This document shows, piece by piece, positions 27,700-39,149 of a stretch of 64,000 nucleotides of DNA (positions are counted from its first letter, which is position 1; each line of letters opens with the position of its first letter). A model generated the notes under the pieces. The model saw only the letters and a list, made by a program, of their open reading frames with translations, ran no database searches and was not told the DNA's origin. The position numbers and the translations under genes were made by a program. Origin of the DNA: Nageia nagi (taxonomy: Eukaryota > Plantae > Pinophyta); the NCBI GenBank assembly GCA_050084985.1, contig JBITNC010000001.1:153512001-153576000 (forward strand), given 5' to 3'.

Positions 27700-28600
27700 C
27701 TATAATTGCATAACATCAAATAACCTCTAAGAACTTCACATTAAAAATTAATGATTATTTTTTCATGTCACTTGCAAAATTTAACAATAAAAAGAATGAT
27801 CCTGATTTATATGTAAAATTGCTGATTAATACATCAACTTCTATATTGATAATTTTATTTACCTTTTGTTGTTATTATTAAATTATAAAAGATAAATATT
27901 TTGAGATGATAAACTTGGGACTAATCCACTTTGGTATTCATATTGATTAAAAAAAAGGGTAATTTTTCTCTCTAGGTCTAAGGATCTAATATTTGATAGA
28001 TTTAGAATTCTTATGTATACTCTTTTATCTAGAGGTTATGATGCTTGAATAATGTTAAGTGGTTTATCTACTTTGAAAATATTCCATGATATATTATGTA
28101 GAATGCTTGATGATAATATTTTGTGTTTAACCATTACTAGATAAGATATTGTATACGAAAAATGTATCATTTCTAAGTACATGGAAAATGCAGATGAAGA
28201 TCATTAGAATGTATTAAAAAATTGAATTTTTGATATATAATATATTATATTATTACGAATTTTATATAAGTTTGATGGAAAGTTTGTACTTATGGGATAG
28301 ATAAATTAAAATAATATGGTTGATATTGATTGCATAAGGCCTATTTAAGGCTATGTTTTTTTATATAGAATTTGGATTAATTGAGAAGGTAAATATACTA
28401 CAAAAATATATACTACAATATTTTATAATAACAAAGTCCTATTCAAGTTACTTAAAGTTATATCTACCATATAAGAGTGAAGGAGAGATGGATTTAAAGT
28501 ATTATAAGAATGAAGAACAATAAAGTGATAGATTAGCCAAATATTTATAATTATTAAAACTTACATGGTGATGTTTGAACAATGTCAATTTCCTTGTCTA
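27700..28600 (+). mobile_element. Highly decayed copia RT/RNase H relic
   Basis: NDPDLYVK, FEMINLGLIHF and SKYMENADEDH*NVLK-like remnants. Confidence 0.55.
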
Positions 28601-29613
28601 TATTTTTAAAGAAATTTTGAGATATTACATGGTGATGGTTGGAACAATGTCAACTTCAACACATATTGTAAGCATAAAACACAAATAGTTTGTAATATAT
28701 GTGAAATAATACAAAGAAGAATGTTTAATGGTACTATTACACCCATTGCCTTATCTTATTTTATTTAGTTATTTTTTGTTTTGGACGCACTAGTTCTCCT
28801 TTTGTGATTAAAGTTTCAAACATGTACTTTAGTTGGTCTAAAGTATCTTCTAATTCATAATAAATTAGGAAAAGTTATAAAGATAAAAAAATGAAGTTAC
28901 AAAATCAAATTATATTGATGAAAGAATTACAATATGAACTTAAATTTCATAATCATAAGATCTAAGGTTAATTATCATGAACTTGGTACACTTTTTTTTT
29001 TAAAAACATGATTATTTAGCTTTTTTAATCCATGATCTTTTTTCTTGTTTTTTTTTTTTTTTTTTAATTGACTAACAAACAATGTATTATGATAATGAAC
29101 AAGTAAATATTATGTAAATGAATGTATAGTAAAGAGGAAAGTTAAACAAGAAATAAAGTGACATTGTAAAATATATGAAAGGATGGTTATTGCTAATTTA
29201 TTATACATGTGCTTGTAAAACATATGAACAATTGATAGAATGCATCAACAATTTTGTTAGGAAGATCTTAAACCTTGAGAGACTTGAATCTTAGCCTCTT
29301 TAAACTTAATAATATCTTTATTTTCTACATTATAAAAGTATAACTAAAATTAACCATTAATCTTGATAAAAGAGAGATCTAAATTAATTATTAAAATCTT
29401 CTAAATGATAAATAAATGCATGTAACATGTAAATGTATTATCATGATTACAAAAATTATGACAAAGTAAAAATTTAAAAATTATACTAAATCTCGTATAT
29501 CTTACAATACAATGTGTAACTTCCCTCCTTATTTCTTAAAATTAGATTTCTAACCTAAACATATGTCATAAACCAACCTGAAATGCTATGCTTAATGACA
29601 CTTGCCGAATTGA

Positions 29614-30240
29614 TCATCCCAAATGCATGCTTAATTGCTGGTGGTCAAGTCTCCACAAAGGGCAGGCAAACAGAGGTGATTTTCTAGGAACTGTGAGCCC
29701 AAAAGCTTCCTCCATCTTCACCTCCTCACCCTCAACACTCCAATCATAGCAGTGCAGCAACTGAGCAAGTGTCACTTCAACGACCCTCAAGCCTGCGGAA
29801 ATTCCTGGGCATCCCCTCCTTCCACTTCCAAACGGAATCAATTCGAAGTCCTGACCTCTCATGTCTATATCTTTGCCAATGAATCTCTCAGGCCTGAAGC
29901 TGTTTGCATCTTCCCAAATACTCTCATCTCTTCCTACCGCCCACACATTTATTAGTACCCGTGTTTTTGAAGGAATGAAATACTTGCCCACCAGCAATCT
30001 TCTCTGGACTCGCGGGGAACAAGAAGTGGCAGCGGTGGATGCAACCGAAATGTTTCTTTGATTACGCATTGCAAGTACTCACAGCTTTCCAAGTCACTTT
30101 CCTTCACAAGGCGATGCCCGCCCACGACAGAGTCCAGTTCTTGTTGAGCTCTTGCCAGTGTAAAAGGGTTCTTCAGCAATCTCGCTCATCGCCCATTCTA
30201 TTGCTGTGGGCGATGTTTCTACTCCCGCCAAGAACATATC
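29614..30240 (-). CDS. P450 exon 2 (DMFLAGVET...stop), frameshifts at ~30180 and ~29993
   Basis: Pieced from ORFs 30094-30345, 29952-30179 and 29614-30069. Acceptor TGTGCAG ends at 30241. Confidence 0.88.
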
Positions 30241-30848
30241 CTGCACAGTAGTAGAGTTTTTGTAGCTCAACCTGAAATTGAACTGCTTATGAATTGCAAC
30301 AAGATAAAAGAGTATGCTGTACCCTCTACCATGAGAGTAAACCATATATTAAAAACAAAAAACAATCAGAAACTCTTTCAGCTGGATGAATCAAGACTTC
30401 ATCTTCAAAATTTTGACATTTTCAATTAAGACCAAGGACCTAAAGTATGTAGTCGAATTTAGGGAAAGATAATCAGTTTATGAAAAATATAAATAGAAAA
30501 ATAGAAATCATGGCCTCAACAGTACAATCCAGTTAAATAATAGAAAGCATTAAGGTTGAGAACAGTAGAATTGATCTTGTATGTTGTAATAAAATAAAAG
30601 TAGATCTTACAGTGTAAAATAGTCTAATACCTCAAAAAACACCATTCAAAGATATAAAAAGTCAAGACTTTTTTATTTTATTACAACTGACAAGACACTT
30701 ACATTTTACAGGTTGAGAAAGGAAGAATCTTAAGGACTGATAAAAACAAACAAAACAATAAAACTAGGTCAAGAGTGTTCCCAGCTAAAAGAGGATCACT
30801 CCTAAAAGAATGAAAACTGGTGTGATCTAACATGAAACTTATACTCAC
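30241..30848 (-). other. P450 intron (608 bp, GT-AG)
   Basis: GTGAGT...TGCAG. T-rich on the minus strand. Joins the exons in frame. Confidence 0.9.
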
Positions 30849-31775
30849 GAGTATGATTGCTTTGACGGGGACCCCTTGACATGGTGTTGCCCTCTGCTCA
30901 GCCGAGTCCAGCAGCACATTACCATGTCTTTCACACGCTCTTTCTGGTGTTCACCATCAGATGTTGTTCTGCGTTGGATGTGTTCGTCAATTACTTTCTC
31001 AAGAAAGTCGTCGAACACTTTTGCAAGCTTTTTCATGCGACGATGGACGCCTTGAAGATCCAACCAGTCCAGATAAGGAATGAAATCTCCAATGCAGAAC
31101 TCCACCAGCAAGGGCGAAAAACTCATTAACCAGTTTTTTAAACTCATGGCCTTCACCCAACTCATCCTCAGAATATGTTCTGCTGGCAAACATCCTACAA
31201 ATAATTTTCTGTGACATGGAACTGAGGCTCTTGCTCACATCCACAGGATGAATCCCGCACCCGCTTTCTTCCCGCAGAGAATGGATCATAGAGAAGACCT
31301 CTTCCTCCCTTACGCTTTCGAAGGACTCGACTCTTTTGGCGGTCAGCAACTCCATGGTGCAGAGCTTTTTCATGTGTCTCCAATACTCTCCGTAGTGTGC
31401 ATAACCCACGTCTTTATGGTCATACAGCAAGTATTTTCCAGTTGCACAACTGGGTCTGTTGGCAAAAACCAGATCGTGAGTTTTGAGGACCTCTTTCGCC
31501 ATCGAGGAAGAAGAGACCACAAGAGTCGGGACGGAGCCCAAACGCAGAAATACCAATGGCCCATAACGCTTGGCAAGATCTGCGAGATTGCGATGAGGAA
31601 GTGTCCCCAGATGAGGAAGATTTCCAATAACTGGCCATGGACGGGGACCTGGAGGAAACTTCCCTCTACTACTATTTCTTCCGTATCTGGATAGAATCCA
31701 TATTAACAACAAAATCCCAAATCCTAGAGACACCGCTTCAGGTAGCGAGGAAGGCAGCAATGCCATACCCATCAT
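30849..31775 (-). CDS. P450 exon 1 (MMGMALLP...KAIIL), frameshifts at ~31103 and ~30920
   Basis: Pieced from ORFs 30999-31814, 30845-31189 and 30699-30917. First ATG at 31775. Donor GTGAGT starts at 30848. Confidence 0.88.
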
Positions 31776-31821
31776 GGTATTTGGATCGGAGATTGCTTCC
31801 TCTGCTGCAAACAAATTAGGG

Positions 31822-32090
31822 ATTTATACTGTTCTTACCGGAATATGTGCCATGTAAATCACGGAAATCATTTAAATCTTTACTAAATATTTAAAAACAC
31901 AACGCAAAACGTGGATTTGGATCGCAAGCTTCCATAGCTAAACAATTCGTGAAGTTCCACGTATGGCTGGGAAGGACTTTGTTTTTAAATGGATAAAAGA
32001 TGCCATTCCACCATATCCTCACTTTATTTTTATATTTGTGGCTGGGAAGGACTAGTGGGTCAACTTTTTATTTGAAGAGTTGTTTTGACT
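31822..32090 (-). promoter_or_regulatory. Putative P450 proximal promoter
   Basis: TATAAAT (minus) at 31822-31828. AACGTG at 31908-31913. CCACGTA at 31957-31963. Duplicated 15-mer tggctgggaaggact at 31964 and 32039. W-box cores at ~32058 and ~32085. Confidence 0.55.
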
Positions 32091-32152
32091 TTATACCCTT
32101 CAAGATTGATAAGTAAATATTTTTTTATACTTCAAATGAAAATCTTAGCAAG

Positions 32153-32272
32153 TAATATCTCATCAATAATAATTTTTTTATGGTGTGGTCTCTTAGTATT
32201 TGTTGTTGGTATTAATATCTCATCAATAATACAATTTTTATTGTGTGATCTCTTAGTATTTGTTGTTGGTAT
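32153..32272. repeat. 60-bp tandem duplication
   Basis: taatatctcatcaataat...tctcttagtatttgttgttggtat occurs twice. Confidence 0.9.
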
Positions 32273-33139
32273 TGTATAATCAAAGTAAATTTGAAGCTAA
32301 TGTTATTGTAGTCAAATTCAATAAGTTTGTTTCATGCATTTTACAAAAATGATTTTTTTTATTGTAATTTTTCATTAATAGTTTTTTTTTATTAGCCCTG
32401 ACTATTGTTTCAAAAAGTGCTCATGTTCCTCAAGCATAATGTGGCCTAAACTTATCGTTTTTATTTTTTTTAACTTGTGGAAAATTATATGTAGATTGTG
32501 TACATATTTGTTGTTTCAAAAATTAAAAAATAAAAATAAAAAGTTATTGAACAAATACAAAACCCTAGTTTTTGAAGTTGGAGGATCCTCTTTGATTGAA
32601 AATTACATTAAAAATACAAATATAACCCACTTGGAAAAAAATAGAATATTTAAAATCTACACTCTCTCATATACAATCCTACAGAATTTTATGAAAAACA
32701 TTTTCAAAAAATATCATCAAACGTATGCCCAAATTTGGTAAAGTCCATTGCCATTGTTATGACCTTGAAGTTATTGGTCCTAATATAAGATTTAGGTCAT
32801 TAAAGCTAATTTCGAGCCAAAAGGGTGGGTATAAATTTTAAATTTAAGGATTAGGGTCCTAAGTATGATCATGATCCCAAGGGGCATGATCCCAAGGGGA
32901 ATGATTCCTATCCCCCCTAGATCATGAGGGTTATTTCATGAATTGATACTTTTTGGGAGTAGGATACTGATCCCCTTGGGATCTTGAAGGGAAGGATTAT
33001 GGTTAGGCTTGTGGATCCTAAAACATACAAAGATCATGTGGGACTAGGATCTATCCCCCTCAGGATCCCATCCCCCATTAAAAAAACTAATTCCCAAGAC
33101 TTCCCCCAAAGTGGGAATCAACTTCTTGCATATAGCCAT

Positions 33140-35450
33140 GGAACATAATAGCAGGATGGTGTAAAAAGAAAACATTAAGATAAAATTGAGTGGAAATCCA
33201 TGAGATTATGATGAGGAGGTACAATTTTAAAGATAATTGAAATGTGATTAGATACAATGTTTCTTGGGAAGGTAATAACTAATGAAGTATATTAAGTGAG
33301 ACTATGAAAACTAAACTCAAAATGGTCTATAAGTATGATGCCCTATCTAGTTCTTTGAGCACTCTACCCTCCTCTTCTTAGAAATTCAACCAAGTAAACC
33401 AGACAAAGTCTAGAAAACTTTGAGAGGTATAATATGTATTAGGGTCAATAAGTCCAAACTTATTCTTGAGAAAATACCAAGAATCCCTCTCACCAACATA
33501 CGAATGTATAAGGAGCCTTCCAAACTTATCTTTAGGTTTTTCAACCATGATGTAATCTCCATAGAAATGCCAAATTATTTACAAAAGTGATAATGTAAGT
33601 CAATTTTGTAGATCATATTTTTCAATACCTTGATTGGAGGCATATATGTTAACAAATCTAAAAGGTTTTCCATCATTATAAAAAAGGATCCACACTACCT
33701 AACTCAAGGATTCCATATCCCAATAAACTAAAAGAGAATCCACCACAGTGGTATCAAGGAGATAGTGCCACCTTTACCTTAGCAATGAATAGTAGCATAA
33801 AAAGAGTTACTTGGACACAAAAAAGAGCTGGCACATTCCAAGTTGAAATATGAAATATTAACTTCTTGGAAACAAAGGAAATTGATTTTCCTATACAAGT
33901 GGGTAACTTTTTTTAATTTCATACTACAAACCAAATATATTTTAGATTGGGTCCTTTATCCCTTTGATATTCCATGTTATGAAAATCATTGAGAATATTA
34001 TAGGTTCATATTATCATTGAACTCTTCTATATTACCATCCTATGTATCCAAATTGTCATTATCCCCTAAATCCCCAAGAGAGGAGTATAGGTTTACAAGG
34101 AAGTTTGTATGATTGGTTCCTACAAACATGCTAAAAGAACACTTGTCCCAATAGTTGTATGTCAATATTTCAGGAGGATTGAAATATCTACTAGGTCACA
34201 TTAAAGCCTCCTTATAGTTGGATTCTAAAAGAGGATGAGCAGAGTTAGCATTAGAAATACATGCTTGAGATGTGAATGGAACATTGATCATATGTGGCAA
34301 ATGGGATAATGTAAAGGGATATGAAGGCATAAACAAGGAGTTATTTCCTCAAGGTGGCACTATGGGGCCTTATTTTTCATTTTAACTTGCATTGCAATTA
34401 TTTAATTCCTACCATGGTCCATTGACTCGATGGATTACCATTCCTATTGCTAATGGTGGGAATTTTCATTAGCTATGAAATTAGAGTTTTTTCAGGCTTG
34501 TAGATATGTTTGTTAGTTGATTATAGGAATTAAATTTACCTTCAATAAGAGGTTAATCTTTAATTTTATGATCAACCAATTGGAATTGATAACAAGTATT
34601 GTACATGTTGATATAGACCAATCTTTCAAAATAAGAGGATTGAACAACTTGGACCACTAAATGGTCTTTGAGATCTTTGGACATATCTATTTTCATACAA
34701 ACTCTCTTATAGGGCTGAATATTGTAAGCTCTTAATTATTCCACATAAATAAAGTTTCCTAGGGGAAACAATGCTTTCTAGAAAAGGCCAAATAGGGTTT
34801 GGAAGATCAAGGAGTTAGAACTAGATGGGAACTTGCAATGGGGTACTGTCTTCAATAGAAATATATTAGGTCCATGGTTTAAAAACCAAGAGTGACTTCT
34901 TGACATACCATTGTCCATGATAAAAGACCAACTTAGTTTGATATTCATGGGGAAAATAAAACATAAAAAACATTTGGTGAGATTTTGTATCCCTTGAAAT
35001 TTGACACCATAAGATATTTGGTATTGCTGGACCCAAATGTGGATGACAGTATTCATTGAGATATGACCTACAAAATACCCTATGAGGGTATGCTTTTCTA
35101 ACTAGCTACATGCATTATTAAAATCATCAACAAGGATGGTAACATTAGGCACAATGGAATTACCTCAATGTACATCTTCAGGATGAATTTCCTAGGTTCC
35201 TTGGGCATTATTACTCTATCTAATAGCTCCAACCTAGGTTGAGGTTACTACTCAAGATTGTTCCATATTAATAAAAAAATAATACCCATCAAGGTCATAT
35301 AAGGTACACTAATGTGGTGCTCATATCCAAGTAGCAATAAGGATCTTACTTAAGAAAAACTATGGTGTGAAACATTAGTCCAAGGGTTTGACTCATGCAA
35401 ATCATAGTAGAGTAGTGTGGTACTTCCTGAACCTTTTTCTTTTACACACA
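33140..35450 (-). mobile_element. L1-type LINE, ORF1 (DUF4283-like) plus endonuclease, RT missing
   Basis: ORF 34778-35056 VIHIWVQQ..GVKFQGIQNLTKCFLCF..SWFL. Endonuclease start MIFITWNIKG at ~33990 and CFQE at ~33870. Confidence 0.8.
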
Positions 35451-35529
35451 TTGATTTCTATTTAGAAAGGTATCAAATGATTAACTCTTCATTAATTGAC
35501 ATTGGGAGGAATTTCATGTCAAACCAATA

Positions 35530-36198
35530 TTCTCATAAATGAGAATATGCCAACACGTCATTAATGCCCCACATCATTAACATCCCATGAACCATCATCA
35601 TAATTAATATAATAATTTAATTATTATTAACATTTTCACATTAATTCTTTAGTCAATTATTTTTTTGTTAATCATTTATATGATAGAATTTTAGATTATA
35701 AAATTGATCAAACATATTTTTATCAAATTAATGATAAGATAAATTTAGGCTTCAAATATATAAATACTATCATTAAAAAATAATATAACTAATTATATAA
35801 AATTTATAATTTATAAAAATGTACTATCATAATTATCAATTTAGTCTTTTATTCTTTTTTTTTCTTAATTAATGCTATTATAACCTATTTTTCATCTTAA
35901 TCATATTCTTGATCTACATCAAAATAAAAGCTAAATATATTTTTTATTATTTTAAAAATATAAATATTATATTAAGAATTAAAAAAAATCAAACATATAG
36001 GAGGATCATGGTAGAGGTTAGTGGAGTCTTCAATATGCTTCTAGCAAATGTTCTTAGATATGAGAATATGCCAACCATCATTAGTATCCCCATGATCCAT
36101 CACCATCATTAATATAATATGAACCTTTTCACATTAATTCTTTATTCAATTATTTTTTAAGTTAATAGTTTATATGATTTTTTTATTATAAAATTGAC
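35530..36198. repeat. Direct repeat pair (35530-35710 and 36050-36198) between the two LINEs
   Basis: Shared atgagaatatgccaac...ttcacattaattcttt...ataaaattga. Confidence 0.75.
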
Positions 36199-36199
36199 A

Positions 36200-39130
36200 A
36201 ATGTTAATAAATAAAAAGTACAAGGGAAGTGGAGAGAGAGATCACTATGTGAGTTGCACTAGAGAGATGAATTACATGCATTGGGATTTTTGTGTGTCTC
36301 ATACTACAACTCTACTTGGTATATATTGTGAGAATTCATATTTCACATTTATTGATTTGCCTCAAACAAATTGATTTCATCATCTAGAGGACTAAACCTT
36401 TTATTTATCAACACAACTCATTCTCAAGCTTCAACTTATATTGAAGCTGTAGGAGGAAGTAATGTCACCTAAGGTGAACAAGCAACTACAAAAATTCATT
36501 CCCAAGGTATACCATGAGGTAGTGTCTATCCTTCAAAATTTGTTATCCCATTGAGTGAGTTTAATAACACTTGTTCTTGGTTGGAAATCACATACTAGTT
36601 GGAAATTTTCTTGGTCATATTCCTAGAGAGTATATCATTAGCACTTGGATACAATAAACTTAACATGGAGTCAAAATTGATGGCATCCAAAATCTAATAA
36701 AAGGACTTTTTCTTTTTTTCTTTTTTGATCCTACTCAAGCTCAAGTGGTCCTTAGCCATGACCCATGGTTTTTCCATAGTTCCCTATTAGTTTTTCAACC
36801 TTGGACCAAAAATTTCTTATTCACCAATAAGGTTTCTTTGAGTCTTATGGTTTGGGTTGAGTTTCTTGGTATTCCTTTACTACTTTATCACTATTATCAA
36901 CATATGTTCTCACTTATTGAGGAGTTTATCTATTGTAAAATAAATAAATTATATACCTCTCACCCTCATAAGAGTTTCTATGATAAGGTTGACTTATCCA
37001 AAGACCTTAAAGAGTTTGTTAATGTGCAAGTTGGTGATTAACTCTTCAAGCAGTGGTTTTTTATATCAATTTATCAAATACATGTTATCATTTCTAATAT
37101 AATGCTCGTAAGATTAAGGATTTCCTATTTATAGCAAAAAAAAAGCTAATGAGGTAACTCATGTTTCTTCTAATACTTCCCCCACTACCAAGGGAGAGCA
37201 AGATGAATTAATGATGCTCCATAAAAAGGGAAAGTATATGAAATAAGGAAAAAATAATACTACTCCTAGTAGTTCTAATCCTTCCCCTATAAATCAATCA
37301 CAGATAGTTAATACTAATGCGATGGTCACCCTATCACTAGATAGTGTTGGTGTAGTGTTTACCCCTTCTCCAACTAATTTTAGTATGATGGTCACTCCTT
37401 CTGGTAGAGTTCCACCTATTGTTACTTCATTTGTAGAAATTGCCTCCTCTACAACTACTTGTTAACCTCTTGAGTCTCCTCTTTTGCATGCAATGGTTCA
37501 ACATCCACAAAGATCCTAAGAGATTGTTAATACTCCTATCAATGTATGAAATTCCTGTAGTCCTCCCCAAAGTGAAATCATAAGGCATGTAGACAAGAAG
37601 CATCAAATGGAGCTTAAGAGTTTTAATCATAAGTCTTTTTTCAACAATGCTTATGATTCTCTCTCAAATATAGGAGATACTAATAACATCAAGGGTAATA
37701 TGATAATCGATCATCTTCCATGATTTGTTTTTATCTTGGAACATCAAAGGAATAATGGATTGATTCCATAAATACATGGTATGATATAAAATTGCTATTT
37801 TCTCTTGGTATTATGGTAATTTTAAATTTTTCTATTTATAAGAAATTAGTATTTCAAACTTATTTTGTAGTGCACATGTCCCTTTCTATGGCTAGGTTGC
37901 TTATTTTTTGTCACCAATCATGCTCTTAACAATGGAGGTGTCATCATTCTCCAAGAAGCTTAATGGAAAGATAGTTTTATTACTTGGGCTATGGACCATC
38001 TAATCAAGCATATTGATTCTTATTGAAGTTTGAGGAATTTCCTTTGGAATTATAAACATCTATGCTTCCAATGAAGCTCTTGAGCATTATAACCTTTTGT
38101 GGTGGTGTGCTTTTTCATTACCAAAAGTTGTTTGGATTATGTGCAAGGATTTCAATATGATTGATAAATATTTTGATAATATAGGATATTTTCCCATGTG
38201 ATGGGATGTGGGTAAACAAAAAGCTTAGTACTTTATGAAACATAAGTTAGTTTTTTGAGATCTTGATGCTTATTTTTATCCCTAAGATTTTTCTAAAAAT
38301 ATTTGGTATACGTGATCTATTTTTTAGGATGGCCATGCATGTACACTAAAAATACTTGATAGAGAAATGGTTACATACCATTATGAATTTTATTTTCATA
38401 GAAAAATGCCTCTTTCCCAATTGTTGAGACTATCTCTAGTACCACCACCTTTGATCATGCTCCAATTATGTTTTATATTTCAAATAAGGATCTAATCCAA
38501 AAGCATTACAACTTTCAATTTTTTAATAATTAATTTATTCAACATCCATCCATAGTATGTCACATCTATAAAATATGAAATTTAGTTCGTAGACCTATTG
38601 GTGACTTGGGTAGATTAAATGATGGAATGATGCTATTTTTAAAACAATTATCTCTCTTTAGACCTAAAAAAAAGGTGGCTAAAATTAGAAGATAATCCAA
38701 CATTACCATTCATGATGAGCTTAAAAAAGCTTCTCTTAAGTTGGAATCTTGTCATTTCAATCTTGAGCTTTAGCCTCATGTTTCTCAACTAGAATATGAA
38801 TTAAAACTAGCTAAGCTCTATGATGCCAAGGGACCTCAAATTAAATCTTATTTGGATTGGCTTCAAATTGGTGATAAAGTCTCTAAGGAATTTTTAAAAA
38901 TGCTTAGACCTCCCAAACAAGCTACTCAATTTAAAGTTATTCAATCCAATGGTGTACATTTGACCTCTCTTCATGATATGATTGAGGCTTTCACTTCTCA
39001 TTACATCAAAGTTTTTGTAGCATAATATTATACTCCTAAGAGGGCAAAAGATTTAGTAAAGTATCTTGTAGTAGAGCCTATTCATTTTTTTGCATTTGAT
39101 AGAGCAAAATATGATAAAATGATCTCTCTA
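36200..39130 (+). mobile_element. L1-type LINE, ORF1 plus endonuclease and linker, cut before RT
   Basis: GVKIDGIQNLIKG and PWFFHSSLLVFQPW..VWVEFLGIPL (36745-37041). Endonuclease motifs WNIKG, INIYASN, CKDFN and FDHAPI. Confidence 0.85.
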
Positions 39131-39149
39131 TAGGTAAACAAAAAAAAAA

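Larger units (their letters stand above)
29614..31775 (-). pseudogene. CYP750: Cytochrome P450, CYP71 clan (CYP750-like), 2 exons, ~517 aa if repaired; frameshifted in this assembly (pseudogene or sequence error)
   Basis: N-terminal TM anchor, PPGP hinge, YGEYWR, I-helix AGVETS, K-helix KETFR, PERF and heme motif [10 protein letters not shown]. Single phase-0 GT-AG intron 30241-30848 at the conserved A-type position (KAIIL/DMFLAG). 1-bp indels at ~31103, ~30920, ~30180 and ~29993. The family call is by recall of CYP750/CYP736-type features, not by search. Confidence 0.9.

Noticed and set aside
29614-31775. Programmed frameshifting or compensating indels yielding a full-length P450
   Set aside because: Stops at 30999 and 30094 fall between the compensating indels, and no slippery-site signals are evident.
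29752-31819. Plus-strand and alternative-frame ORFs over the P450 (e.g. 31248-31694)
   Set aside because: Antisense shadows of GC-richer coding sequence, with no independent motifs.
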